A DNA stretch of 63,937 bases from Chiloscyllium plagiosum. Taxonomy: Eukaryota. Positions 11,460-25,172 of the stretch are shown here, piece after piece. The notes below the pieces were generated by a model. It was given only the letters and a program-made list of their open reading frames with translations. It had not been told where the DNA came from and ran no database searches. The stretch is taken from the NCBI RefSeq assembly GCF_004010195.1, contig NC_057720.1, positions 402,031 to 465,967 on the forward strand. The letters run 5' to 3'. The position numbers and the translations under genes were made by a program. The number at the start of each line of letters is the position of its first letter. The first letter of the stretch is position 1.

Positions 11460-12810
11460 TCAGTCAGTACTGAGGGAGTGCTGCACTGTCAGAGGGTCAG
11501 TACTGAGGGAGTGGGGCACTGTCAGAGGGTCAGTACTGAGGGAATGCCGCACTGTCAGAGGGTCAGTGCTGAGGGAGTGGGGCACTGTCAGAGGGTCAGT
11601 ACTGAGGGAGTGGGGCACTGTCAGAGGGTCAGTACTGAGGGAGTGCTGCACTGTCAAAGAGTCAGTACTGAGGGAGTGNNNNNNNNNNNNNNNNNNNNNN
11701 NNNNNNNNNNNNNNNNNNNNNNNNNNNNNNNNNNNNNNNNNNNNNNNNNNNNNNNNNNNNNNNNNNNNNNNNNNNNNNNNNNNNNNNNNNNNNNNNNNNN
11801 NNNNNNNNNNNNNNNNNNNNNNNNNNNNNNNNNNNNNNNNNNNNNNNNNNNNNNNNNNNNNNNNNNNNNNNNNNNNNNNNNNNNNNNNNNNNNNNNNNNN
11901 NNNNNNNNNNNNNNNNNNNNNNNNNNNNNNNNNNNNNNNNNNNNNNNNNNNNNNNNNNNNNNNNNNNNNNNNNNNNNNNNNNNNNNNNNNNNNNNNNNNN
12001 NNNNNNNNNNNNNNNNNNNNNNNNNNNNNNNNNNNNNNNNNNNNNNNNNNNNNNNNNNNNNNNNNNNNNNNNNNNNNNNNNNNNNNNNNNNNNNNNNNNN
12101 NNNNNNNNNNNNNNNNNNNNNNNNNNNNNNNNNNNNNNNNNNNNNNNNNNNNNNNNNNNNNNNNNNNNNNNNNNNNNNNNNNNNNNNNNNNNNNNNNNNN
12201 NNNNNNNNNNNNNNNNNNNNNNNNNNNNNNNNNNNNNNNNNNNNNNNNNNNNNNNNNNNNNNNNNNNNNNNNNNNNNNNNNNNNNNNNNNNNNNNNNNNN
12301 NNNNNNNNNNNNNNNNNNNNNNNNNNNNNNNNNNNNNNNNNNNNNNNNNNNNNNNNNNNNNNNNNNNNNNNNNNNNNNNNNNNNNNNNNNNNNNNNNNNN
12401 NNNNNNNNNNNNNNNNNNNNNNNNNNNNCTGAGGGAGTGCTGCACTGTCAGAGGGTCAATACTGAGGGAGTGCTGCACTGTCAGAGGGTCAGTACTGAGG
12501 GAGTGCTGCACTGTCAGAGGGTCAGTGCTGAGGGAGTGCTGCACTGTCAGAGGGTCAGTACTGAGGGAGTGCTGCACTGTCAGAGGGTCAATACTGAGGG
12601 AGTGCTGCACTGTCAGAGGGTGAATGCTGAGGGAATGCCGCACTGTCAGAGGGTCAGTGCTGAGGGAGTGGGGCACTGTCAGAGGGTCAGTACTGAGGGA
12701 GTGCTGCACTGTCAGAGGGTCAATACTGAGGGAGTGCTGCACTGTCAGAGGGTGAATGCTGAGGGAGTGCCGCACTGTCAGAGGGTCATTGCTGAGGGAG
12801 TGCTGCACTG
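11460..12810. repeat. 33-bp minisatellite, array 2, spanning an N-gap
   Basis: Same unit as 1660-2085 on both sides of the gap at 11679-12428. Confidence 0.93.
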
Positions 12811-14004
12811 TTTGATGTCCCATCTTTCAATATGTTTTAAATCAGTTATTCCGTTTGCGTTGTGGCATTGATTTAAATCTCTCCAGTTGCTCTATTCTGA
12901 ATTGCTAGCATTTTTCTGCTGTTTCCTCCCAAATATTTGCCCTTTGCTGTGCGACTATTCACTGCACGTATGTGCCACATTGCAGTAGTGGTCTCCATTC
13001 TAACATATTTGACTGGGTGGATGTTGCTCTTGAGCTACTGATACAGTGAAATGGGCTTTGGAAATGTAAATTGCCACTTTTTAACAATTTGCAATTCACC
13101 AACTGGGAGTGTGCAGCCATTTTGTATCATGAACCAATATTTATTGACCATCAAATAAATGGTCAGACTAGAGATTTATTTGGAGTGGATTGGACAGTGA
13201 TTTTCTGTGATAGAGCTGGGTATAAAACTCGAGCTCACGGTGAGTTGTTGGAGTGAGAGCACAGGCTGAGTGCTATACAGAAGGAATCTTTGATCTGTGA
13301 GTCATGTTGACTTACTGGGTTTAACGTGAAAGGAAAGCAAATAATGTTTGACAAACGTTAAATTCTGGGCAATTCTGACAGGCTGGAATGCCATCTGCAA
13401 AAGTGCAGCATTCTGCCAGTGAGGAATGTTTCTGACTGTGCATTTTAATAACCTTCAAACATCTGGTTTGTGTGAACGTGGTATGGTAATGTAAGTCAAA
13501 GAATTCCTTCTTTTTCTCTCTCTCCCTCAATCAACAGTAAAAGGCTTCTCCAGGGAATCTTGAATAATGTTCTTTCATGTGCATCGACAGCAGTGAGTGT
13601 ATGCAGTAGGGGCTGACTTTCCACATGACCATCCTAAAGCTTCCCTCTGTCCCAGCTCCTCAGTCTCTACGTGAAGGAGTCACTCCGTTAGAAATCCATC
13701 AATGCCGAGGGTCTTTACAGGGAGCTAGGTTTGGATAATTCTTCAGCTGTGAGTTTTGAAGAGGTTTTGCTTTCACAAAGGGGTGTTTGCACATTCCGCA
13801 GTTTCCCGATTTTAAACCCCAAATGCAAATTTATGTCAAACTTCAACCAGACCATTCAGAAAGAAATTCAGTTTTTAATTGACATCAACTTTTTCAATCC
13901 CTTAAGAAATATTAATGCTTCAAACTTAGAAAGATCAATTCTCGTCTAACGGTTTCAAGACAGCATTTTCACTTGTTGATGTTTATTTGTGAGTTGTGAC
14001 TTAC

Positions 14005-14067
14005 CCTCTGACCTGGATCGCCTGTGGGACCTGGAGGGCCAGTCAAACCTGCAGAACCTGGGAGACC
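14005..14067 (-). CDS. col11a1: Collagen alpha-1(XI) exon 11, 63 bp, GLPGSAGLTGPPGPTGDPGQR
   Basis: GTTTAG|GGT ... AGG|GTAAGT. Seven Gly-X-Y triplets, expected 63-bp size. Confidence 0.92.
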
Positions 14068-14259
14068 CTAAACCAAGGCAAGAAAATCTGATGTAATGCA
14101 TGACTGTGAAACCTATTAGAGAACTGTGTCTAGTTCAGTCTGTACAGGCGTCAATGCTGCCGTAAGGGACAGGAACAGGGGAAAATACATTAGCACACAT
14201 CCATGCCACTGGTCCCAGGCTATCCTTCCAAGTCCCACATTTCCCCATCACCACCTACC

Positions 14260-14530
14260 TCCCTGTGGGAGTGAGTCCTGCATCCCCCCCCCTCCCCCTC
14301 TCTGTGGGAACGAGTCCCAGGCTCTCCCTCTCTCTGTGGGAGCGAGTCCCAGGCTCTCCCCCTCTCTGTGGGAGCGAGTCCCAGGCTCTCCCCCTCTCTG
14401 TGAGAGTGAGTCCCATAGGCTCTCCCCCTCTCTGTGGGAGCGAGTCCCAGGCTCTCCCCCTCTCTGTGGGAGCGAGTCCCATAGTCTCTCCCCCTCTCTG
14501 TGGGAGCGAGTCCCATAGTCTCTCCCTCTC
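14260..14530. repeat. 32-34-bp minisatellite (CTCTCTGTGGGAGCGAGTCCCAGGCTCTCCCC)
   Basis: About 8 copies, about 190 bp upstream of the exon 11 acceptor on the gene strand. Confidence 0.9.
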
Positions 14531-15539
14531 TATCACACCTGTCCACCAACATTCAGTCTCAGCCCATTCCCCATCCCTTAATTGCCTGAGATCAAAACCC
14601 TGTTGATGCCAGCCTTAAATCAACGTGCTGACAGATATTTACTGCCCTCTGGGGGAGAGAATGCTAAAGATTCACAACCTATCAGATGGCAGGCTGGGAC
14701 TAGTCATGTTCCACATGGATCTGTGATTGAATCCTGGCTATTCCCAATCTGCCTCCATCACTTTGATGTGAATTTGTTGCAAACACAGATGAGGAGGGAG
14801 TGTGAGTTGTGAGGATGATGTACAAAGACACACGAAGGGGATTTGGAGAAGCTCACTGAGTGAGCGGACATTTGGCAGATGGAACACAATGTGGAGAAAT
14901 GGGAGGTTCTCAGCCTGACAGGAAAATCAGAAATACAGAGCTTTCCCTAAATAGTGAGAGGCTGGGAAGTGGGGAAGTTCCAAGGCACTCGGATGTCCTT
15001 GTTCAGGAATTACTGAAAGGTAGCGAGCAGGGACAGCAAGGAAGGGTGACCATGGCTGTGGGTTTTTCTTCCCGGAGAGTTGGTGTATCACAGTAACACT
15101 GTCTCACTGTAATTAGTTCAAGGCTTGGTGGACATATATTTGGAGCATGGTGTGCAGAGTTGTGCTCCTCACAGTGCAACTGATTATACAGTGGGGACTG
15201 TGGAGTGTGAAGTGAACATACAGTCGGAGTAATTATAGAACAGGGAATAATTATACAGTGGGAATGATTAGACAGTGCCCATAAAATAAACTGCAGGAGT
15301 GACACACCAGGTGAGGTTAGCTTCCATAGAATCAAACAACTTCAAACATTCAGTCTGTGTTTCTCTCTCCACAGAGACTACCAGCCCTACTGAGTTTCTC
15401 CAGCACTTTGTGTTTGTTTCAGATTTCCAACACCCTCAGTGTTTTGTTTCTGCAGGAGATAGTATTTACAGTCAGGGACAGTGAAGCTGACAGGATGATT
15501 GTACCAAGGGGGGGAAGTGTACAGATGGGGTGATTCTGC

Positions 15540-18500
15540 TGGCTGGTAGGAGCTCAGAGCTAGACAGTCTAATTACTGAAATTAGGCAGCTATGTAGCAA
15601 AGGTAAATTACTATTAATGGAAGATTTTCACCATAACACAGACTGGGAGAAATAGACAAGCCTTTAACAGAAAGGTTATGAATTTCTAAAGTACGTTCAG
15701 AATAATTCTCTTCAGCAACATGTTGTAGATGTGACAATCATATTGGATTCGGTTATGATTTAATTTGATCTAGATGTTTGTGAGCATTTGTCAAATAGTG
15801 ATCATAACATAATCTAGTTTCATTTTGAATTGAAATAAGACAGACTTTAAATGGGATGAGGCTGAGACTGTCCACAGGAAACTGGGAAGCTCTGCTGATT
15901 GGGAAAACAACCAAGGAACAGTTGCAGGGTGTTCAAAGAAACATTTAATGTCATCCAGAAGCAGTTTGTAATAATGACAAGGAAAAGATCTACCTCACAA
16001 AAAAAAAAGCCATAGACATCAGAGCAGGTAAGGGACACATAAAGGTAAAAGGAAGCGTTTGTAAAAACACAACTAACAGTACAGATCCCAAAGAATGTGA
16101 CAAAGACCAACAAAAGGTGACAAAGCTGCTTATAACAGTGGCTCAAAATTATCATTGAGGGAAACTTGCAATTGACATAAAAGATAATAAGAAGAGATTT
16201 GATAACTATTTAAAAGGAAACCAGCTGGTTCAGAGTACAACTGGCCCATTGAAGGCTGAGAGTGGGGATATCGTCAGTGACTATAGGAAAATGGCAGACA
16301 TGCTGAAGAATTATTTTGCTTCAGTATTTACAGCAGGAGATGGAGGAGAGCTTGCTGGAAGTTCCAAAGAAATTACCAGAGGATCAGGGACAGGGTCCAA
16401 ATAAAACTAGCTGAAGCTTTATCGTCAATAATGGGGAAATTAATGGAACTGAAGATTGACATATCCCCAGAACCCAATGGTTTCCATCCACTGATGTTAA
16501 AGGGGGTCGGAAAGCACATTGCTGATACCCAAACCATAATCCTTCCGAGTTCCCCAGATTCAGGAGTTACACCTCTGGCTTAGAAACCAGTTGTACCTCT
16601 GGACTGGAAATTTGCTCATGTCACTCCATTCTTTCTGAAGTGTAACAGAGGGAAACCACAGAATTACAGAATAATTCGTCTCACATTTGAGGTGGGGAAA
16701 TTGTTGGAAACTATAATCAAGATTAGAGAAACTGATCATTTCAAAAGACTTGTGTTTATTAGGGAGAGTCAGCCTGGAATCATGAAGAGCAAGTCACGTC
16801 TGATAAATCTCACAGAGTCTTTTGAAGAGGAACAAAAGTGACAAACAAAGGTAAATCAATGCATGCTGTTCCTTTTGGCTTCCAGGAGGTTTTTGTTAAA
16901 GTCCCACATGAGAAACCGTTAGCTGAGGTAGAATCCCACAAAATTGAGGGTGAATCACTAACATGGAATGGAAATTCAATGAGTGGCAGGGAACAGAATT
17001 GGAATAATGGGTAAGCATTCAAATTGGCAGGATGTGACCAGTGATGTCCCACAGGGAACTGCGTCGGGGATCAATTATTCACATTATTCATTAACGACTT
17101 GGATAATGGCATTAAAAGTGAAATATCCAAATTTGCTGATGACACAAAATTGGGTAACATTGCAAACAGTGTTGACAACACCATAAAATTACAGCAGGAT
17201 ATTGATAGATTGGATGAATGGAGAAAATCTCCATTTTGTGGGCAAAGTCTTAGAGAGAATTGTAAGGGATAGGATTTATGAACATCTGGATAGGAATAAT
17301 GTGATCAAGGATAGTCAGCATGGTTTTGTGAAGGGCAGGTCGTGCCTCACAAACCTTATTGAATTATTTGAGAAGGTGACTAAGGAGGTGGACGAGGGGA
17401 AAGCGGTAGATGTGGTGTATATGGATTTTAGTAAGGCGTTTGATAAGGTTCCCCATGGTAGNNNNNNNNNNNNNNNNNNNNNNNNNNNNNNNNNNNNNNN
17501 NNNNNNNNNNNNNNNNNNNNNNNNNNNNNNNNNNNNNNNNNNNNNNNNNNNNNNNNNNNNNNNNNNNNNNNNNNNNNNNNNNNNNNNNNNNNNNNNNNNN
17601 NNNNNNNNNNNNNNNNNNNNNNNNNNNNNNNNNNNNNNNNNNNNNNNNNNNNNNNNNNNNNNNNNNNNNNNNNNNNNNNNNNNNNNNNNNNNNNNNNNNN
17701 NNNNNNNNNNNNNNNNNNNNNNNNNNNNNNNNNNNNNNNNNNNNNNNNNNNNNNNNNNNNNNNNNNNNNNNNNNNNNNNNNNNNNNNNNNNNNNNNNNNN
17801 NNNNNNNNNNNNNNNNNNNNNNNNNNNNNNNNNNNNNNNNNNNNNNNNNNNNNNNNNNNNNNNNNNNNNNNNNNNNNNNNNNNNNNNNNNNNNNNNNNNN
17901 NNNNNNNNNNNNNNNNNNNNNNNNNNNNNNNNNNNNNNNNNNNNNNNNNNNNNNNNNNNNNNNNNNNNNNNNNNNNNNNNNNNNNNNNNNNNNNNNNNNN
18001 NNNNNNNACAAGATGATTTGGGGTTTAGATAGGGTTGACCATGAGAACCTTTTTCCACGTATAGAGTTAGCTATTACGAGGGGGCATAGCTTTAAATTAG
18101 GGGGTGGTAGGTATAGGACAGATGTTAGGGGTAGATCCTTTACTCAGCGAGTCGTGAGTTCATGGAATGCCCTGCCAGTAGCAGTGGTGGACTCTCCCTC
18201 ATTATGGGCTTTTAAGCTGGCATTGGATAGGCATATGGAGGATAGTGGGCTAGTGTAGGTTAGGTGGGCTTGGATCGGCGCAACATCGAGGGCCAAAGGG
18301 CCTGTACTGCGCTGTATTCTTCTATGCTCTATGCTCTATGCTAAAGCTGTGGCAGATGGATTTTAATAAAAACAACTGTGAGGTTATCCACTTCAAACCA
18401 AAAGGGTCTTTTTTTTAAAAAAGACATAAAATTAAATAGAGTGAATGTCCAATAAAATGGGGAGGTGGGGAAGTCAGCCACATGTATCTTTCCGATATCA

Positions 18501-19165
18501 CAAGCAGATGCAGCAAGTAGTCAAGAAGGTTAATGGAATGCTGGTCTTCAAACAGAAAGGGCTCGAGTGGAGGGATACAGATGTACGCTGCAGTTACACA
18601 AAACCCTCGCTAGACCCCACTTAGACCCCACTTAGAGAACCAAGTGAGCAGATTGGGGCATTTCATCTTAGGAAGAGAGCTTTGTCTCTGGAGTGAATCA
18701 GCACAGATTCACATGGATGATGGCTGGACTTGAGGGGCTAAATTATGAAGAGAGGTTAGACAAATCAGACCTTTATTCTCTCAAATGTTGAAGTTTAAAG
18801 GATGATTGAGTTGAGGTCTTCAGGATATTAACAGGGGAAGACAGGGTAGATAAAGATAAACTATTTCCACTACGTGAGGTTTTTCGAAGCAGGGATTTAG
18901 TGTGGGCCAGAGGATTCAGGAGAGATGTTAGGCAGCAGTTCCACACACAAAGAGAGGGAAAGGTTTGGAACTCTCTTCCACAAATAACAAACAATGCTAA
19001 TTCAGTTGTTATACTTAAATCTGAAATAGACAAGTTTTTATGAAGCAAGGGTATTAAGGCATATAGGCCCAAGGCAGGTATGTGGAGTTCAGCCATAGGA
19101 AAGATATGCTTTTATCGAATGGTGTAGCAGGCTTGAGGGGCTGAATGGCCTACTCCTATGTTCCC
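15540..19165 (+). mobile_element. Old degenerate CR1 LINE with a nested younger CR1 (about 17237-18342)
   Basis: Decayed ORF2 is interrupted after GATTGGATGAATGG and resumes at AAAGCTGTGGCAGATGGA. The insert has QHGFVKGRSCLTNL / [13 protein letters not shown] and a (TATGCTC)n tail. Confidence 0.85.
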
Positions 19166-19959
19166 AACACAGGGGAAGGGATAGTACAGTGGGCGGATAA
19201 ACAATGGGAGTGATTAGACAGTGGGAGTGATTATGTGAGAGGGGCCTTTAGACAGTGGGGGATTACATGTGGGAATAATTGTACAGGAAGGATGGTGTTT
19301 ATACAATGAGGGTGATTATATCGTTGGGGGGGGGGGGGGGAGGTTAAGATTTCTGCCTTTATCTTTGATTTTTAAAATTGGGGACTGGAATGACAGAACT
19401 GGTTTAAACCTGGTGTTTTAAAGGGTTACAGTGAGTTAGCTGGCAGTCACAGTGAGTTATCCTGTAGGAATTGGAGTGTTTGCAGATGAGCTGGAGCCAA
19501 GAGGTTCACTAATCAGATGGAGCTTTGAGTGGCAACTGGGAGTTTATTGGCCTATGGACTAGTGAGCAGTTATTGATATTATCAGCGATTAAAACCTTTT
19601 ACACAGCCACAGCCAATGTGATTAGTGGTCAGGTGATTGAACAATGTTACAGAGGATTGTTTTGATCCCTATCAGCTCAGGAAATGTCTCTCTGTTCTCC
19701 AAAGTCAAAACCTGAAAAAAAACACAGCTACTCACTTTTTCAGCAGTTGTAACTGTGACTTTTAATTTGATAAATCAGACAGCAATCAAGCTTTTTTTTT
19801 ATCTCTTGCAAACCAGTGGAAGTATCCAAAAAATAGACAACTCAACAGTCATGTCCTCACTTGCGTACGACCCACACGGGTCACTGCAGCAACCTGTGAA
19901 CAGGAATCACTGAACTGCCTGTCAGATTCCCTCTGTCCATACCCTATTGGCGTGTCTAT

Positions 19960-20172
19960 TTGTGTGTGTGTGAACATATGTGTGCATGTGTGCATGTCTA
20001 CTTTGTTTGCACGTGTGTGTGTAAGTGAATCTGTGTGAAATTGCCTGTGCATGTGATTATGTGTGTGAATGTTTGCACATGTGTGTGATGGTGTGTGCAC
20101 ATGCATGTATGTGCATATTTGTGTGTGTGTGTGTGTGTGTGTGCATATATATTATATAATACACACACACAC
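19960..20172. repeat. (TG)n / (CA)n microsatellite region
   Basis: Interrupted TG dinucleotide runs. Confidence 0.85.
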
Positions 20173-20954
20173 ATGTGCCAGAAGAGAGTCAGGATTTGAG
20201 TTGTAATTTGTAGTGCTGTCAGTCAACAGTTTCTAGCCATTTACTTATAGCTTGAGTCTAATTATTTATACTAAATAGTAATTTTGTGCAATCTGGACCA
20301 TGTTTTCTGTCCACATGGATCTGAAGGGCAAGTACATTGGGGAATTCTATTATTTATTTGAAAATCTTTACCCTTTTTGACTGGGAGTAATGGGGCTTGA
20401 TTTTCACTGCACTGCCCAAATACCATGTCTGGGATGATTCGAAATCGGGGCAATTTACAGCAAGGGGGTTAACTATATAGAGATGGGGTAATTATATATT
20501 GAGGGTATAATTACACAGAGGGAGGGTAATTATATGATGGGGAGAATTATCCAGAGGAAGATGTTATGATCTGTTGGGGAGAGTGCACCCTAAATCAGAT
20601 TTTGTTATTCACAGAGTTGTACCAAATGTTAGTGTATTGTTTAAGGTACAGTCAGTTTTCCCATTTCCCTGACTTTCAGACCCAGGTTGACCAGAATCAC
20701 CATTGACTGTGAATAATTAGGCTCTAACTAGAGGTAAATAGATAGCACCTATCAATATACAACACTACACCCCTGACAAACTCCCACTTACACACAGAGT
20801 AAACGGGTTTTCAACAGAAGCAGAGGAACTGGAATGTTAGTTCAGTTTTTGTTTCTCGGTCCCAGTGTTGGGATGAACCTTCTAGCCTGTCTCTGCAGTA
20901 ACATAAATAGCTTGTGAGGACTTGGGGATTTTTAAAAAGTTGTAACCATAGAAG

Positions 20955-22940
20955 CAAGGTGTCAGACCTCGCGGTGGGAGAGCACTTTGGTGACAGTGAT
21001 CACAACTGCCTCACATTTAGCATAGCCTTGGAGAGGGAAAGGCGCAGTTACCGAAGGAAGATATTTAATTGGAGAAAAGGAAATTATGACGCTATCAGAC
21101 AGGAGTTGGGAAGTACAGACTGGGAGGAATTGTTCCACAGAAAGGGCACAGCAGACGTGTGGAGACTATTTAAGGTGCAGATGTTGCGAGTGATGCACAA
21201 TTTTGTTCCTCTGAGACAGGCAAGAAGGGGTAAGATTAAGGAACCTTGGATGATGAGAACAGAGGAGCTTCTCATCAAAAGGAAGAAGGCAGCTTACACA
21301 AGGTGGAGGAAGCAAGGATCTAGCACAGCTTTAGAGGATTACAGGCTTANNNNNNNNNNNNNNNNNNNNCAAAGGCATTTTACTCATACGTGAGGAATAA
21401 GAGAATGATCAGGGAGAAGGTAGGGCCGATCACGGATAGCGGAGGGAATTTGTGTGTGGAGTCTGAGCAGATAGGGGAAGCCCTAAATGAGTGTTTTGCT
21501 TTGGTTTTCACTGAGGAAAGGGAACTTGTTGTGAATGAGAACTTTGAGGATTGGGGAAACAGGCTTGAACAGATCAAGATTGATGAAGTTGATATGCTGG
21601 AAATTTTGGCAAATACTAAGATTGATAAGTTCCCAGGGCCAGACCAGATTTATCCTAGGCTGCTCCGGTAAGTGAGAAAGGAGGTTGCTAAGCCGCTGGC
21701 GAGGATATTTGCTTCCCCACTCTCCACGGGAGTCATACCAGAGGATTGGAAGGAGGCGAATGTTGTTCCTCTTTTCAAGAAGGATAATAGGGAAATCCCT
21801 GGNNNNNNNNNNNNNNNNNNNNNNNNNNNNNNNNNNNNNNNNNNNNNNNNNNNNNNNNNNNNNNNNNNNNNNNNNNNNNNNNNNNNNNNNNNNNNNNNNN
21901 NNNNNNNNNNNNNNNNNNNNNNNNNNNNNNNNNNNNNNNNNNNNNNNNNNNNNNNNNNNNNNNNNNNNNNNNNNNNNNNNNNNNNNNNNNNNNNNNNNNN
22001 NNNNNNNNNNNNNNNNNNNNNNNNNNNNNNNNNNNNNNNNNNNNNNNNNNNNNNNNNNNNNNNNNNNNNNNNNNNNNNNNNNNNNNNNNNNNNNNNNNNN
22101 NNNNNNNNNNNNNNNNNNNNNNNNNNNNNNNNNNNNNNNNNNNNNNNNNNNNNNNNNNNNNNNNNNNNNNNNNNNNNNNNNNNNNNNNNNNNNNNNNNNN
22201 NNNNNNNNNNNNNNNNNNNNNNNNNNNNNNNNNNNNNNNNNNNNNNNNNNNNNNNNNNNNNNNNNNNNNNNNNNNNNNNNNNNNNNNNNNNNNNNNNNNN
22301 NNNNNNNNNNNNNNNNNNNNNNNNNNNNNNNNNNNNNNNNNNNNNNNNNNNNNNNNNNNNNNNNNNNNNNNGTTTTGCTACAGCTCTACAAGTCCCTGGT
22401 GAGACCACACTTGGAATATTGTGTCCAGTTCTGGTCGCCCTACTATAGGAAAGATACAGAGGCTTTGGAGAGGGTGCAAAGTAGGTTTACCAGGATGCTG
22501 CCTGGACTTGGAGTGCTTATGAAGAAAGGTTGAATAAGCTTGGACTTTTCTCTCTAGAGAGAAGGAGGAAGAGAGGAGATCTGATTGAGGTATACAAGGT
22601 AATGAGAGGCTTAGATAGAGTCAATAGCCAGAGACTTTTCCCCAGGGCAGGATTGACTGGTATGAGGGGTCATCGTATTAAGATATTAGGGGAAAGGTAT
22701 AGAGGAGAGGTCAGAGATAGGTTCTTTACGCAGAGAGTTGTGAATGTATGGAATGCGTTGCCAGCGGTGGTGGTGGAAGCAGAGTCATTGGGGACATTTA
22801 AGCGACTGCTGGACATGGACATGGATAGCAGTGAGTCGAGGGGTGTGTAGGTTAAGTTATTATATTTTACATTAGGATTAATCCTCGGCACAACATCATG
22901 GGCCAAAGGGTCTGTTCTGTGCTGTACTTTTCTATGTTCT
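20955..22940 (+). mobile_element. Young 5'-truncated CR1 LINE ORF2 with N-gaps
   Basis: [50 protein letters not shown], and a 3' tail CTATGTTCTA. Confidence 0.92.
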
Positions 22941-22944
22941 AAAC

Positions 22945-25172
22945 AATCAAAGAGTGTGTTGCTGGAAAAGCACAGCTGGTCAGGCAGCATCCAAGGAGCA
23001 GGAGAATTGACGTTTCGGGCTGAAGCCCTTCATCAGGAATGAGGCTTGTGGGCCGGGAGCTGAGAGATAACTGGGAGAGGGACTGGGGCTGGGGGGAAGG
23101 CAGCTGGGAGTGTGATAGGCAGATGAAGGTGAGGGAAAAGGTCGGAGAGGAGGGTGAAGTGGGTGGGTGGGAAAGGTGATGGGCAGATCAAGAGGGCAGT
23201 GCAGAGTTGGTGGTTAAGGTGGGGGTGGGGAGATGAGGAAACTTGATCCCATGTGGACGTGCCTTCCATCCCCGTCACCCCACAGACGTCAGCCACTGCC
23301 GACGATACCTCTTCTACGATCACCAAGAATCACCGCCACCAAAACCAGCATGAAGTCCACCTGTCATGTCACTTCCACCCCTGTTGTTACCGCTGCCTCA
23401 ACCACTTCCTCCCCCACCAACATCACTCACTAGAACACCACCAAAGGCATCATAAACGTCATACGTTACATCACTTCCACCTGCGTGGATGCCACCAAAG
23501 GCACCACTTCCGCCCACCCCCCCCCGACCCACAGGGTGAGTGATACTTCCTTTGGTGATGTCACCCATGATCCCATAACCACATCCCCTCCAGAGACAGT
23601 CTCCGCCCCCACTCCCAGATCCAGCCCTACACCAGGTCCTAGCTCCCAGCCCTGCTGAGTTTTCACCATCCCCCCGACCTCCCCCTCATTGAGGATGAAC
23701 AATCAGTCCTCAGTAAAGGCCTCACCTTCATCCCCCTCTGCTCCCGGATAAATTAATTTGACATACGTTTCAACATCAAACACTTCTTCCACCACCTCCA
23801 CCTCCACCTCTGGACCCACATTTTCTGTCAGGACTCCTGCACATCCACTGAGGACCCCTTCTCTCGCCTCCAACACACCCTGCTCTGGTCTGTTACCCAC
23901 TCTTAATCTCTTCATTTCTAACTGTCACCGTGACATTGATCACCTCACCTGTCCACCCCCTCCCCCACTCCAATCTCCTTCTCTCACAATGCACAGCCCT
24001 CCACTCCCTCTGCTCCAACCTCAGACTCACCATCAAACCCGCAGATAATCGTGGGGGGGGGGGGTGCAGTGATGGTGTGGCGCACTGACCTCTACACCGC
24101 TGAAGCCAGATGCCAACTCACAGACACCACCTTCTACCGCCCCCTCGACCATAACCTCACCTCCCATCACCAAACCATCATCTCCCAGACCATCCACAAC
24201 CTCATCATCTCTGGAGATTGCCCACCCACAGCCTCCAACCTCATTGGCGTGAACCCCACACCACCCGAATATCCCTTCTTCCTAAGGTTCACAAACCTGA
24301 CTGCCCCGGCCGGCCCATTGTCAGCCTGCTGCTGTCCCACCGAACTAATCTCTGTTAACCGTCCTGTCCCCCCTTGATCCTGGAACACCCACCCACGGTC
24401 GGGACTGCATCCATGCCCTACACCTCCTCCAAGATTTTCGATTCCCCAGCCTCCAACGCCTCCTCTTCCCCATGGACATCCAGTCCCTGTACACATCGAT
24501 TCACCACAATGAAGGTCTCCAAGCCCACCGTTTCTTTCTCTCACGCCGAACCAACCAGTACCGTTCCACCAACACATTCATCCGCCTGGGTGAACTGGTC
24601 CCCACCCTCAACAACTTCTCCTTCCAATCCTCCCACTTCCTCCAAACCAAAGGGGTAGCCATGGGCACCCGTATGGGCCCCAGCTATGCCTGTCTCTTCA
24701 TCGGCCACGTGGAACAGTCCATCTTCCTCAGCTACACCAGCACCATTCCTCACCTGTTCCTCCGCTACATCGATGACTGTATTGGCGCTACCTTGTGCTC
24801 CCGCGAGGATGTTGAGCAGTTCATTAACTTCACCAACACCTTCCACCCCGACCTTAAATTCACCTAGGTTACCTCAAACACCTCCCTCCCCTTTCTCGAC
24901 CTCTCCAAATCCATCTCCGGCAATACTCAACACAGACATCCAGTACAAACCCATAGACTCCCACAACTACCTGGACTACACCTCCTCCCACCTGACTCCT
25001 GTAAAAATGCCATCCCTTATTCCCAATCCCTCCGCCTCCACCATATCTACTCCCAAGAGGACCAGTTTCACCACAGAACACACCAGATAGCCTCCTTCTT
25101 CAAAGACTGCAATTTCCCTTCCCACATGGTCAATGATGCCCTCTAGTACATCTCATCCACTTCCATCACCTC
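22945..25172 (+). mobile_element. Penelope-like retroelement: inverted terminal repeat (about 22945-23240, minus orientation) followed by a disrupted RT ORF (plus)
   Basis: MDIQSLYTSIHHNEGL...LNNFSF...LQTKGVAMGTRMGPSYACLF...FLRYIDD and YKPIDSHNYLDYTSSH are PLE RT/thumb motifs. Contains frameshifts and stops. Confidence 0.88.
23009..23036 (-). ncRNA. Minimal hammerhead ribozyme motif in the inverted PLE terminus
   Basis: Minus strand CTGATGA-A-GGGC TTCA GCCC-GAAAC-GTC. Confidence 0.6.

Noticed and set aside
11478..22533. Long ORFs containing X runs
   Set aside because: Artefacts of assembly N-gaps inside repeats.
20955..22940. Intact, active LINE or PLE ORF
   Set aside because: All RT copies in the window are truncated, gapped or contain stops and frameshifts.
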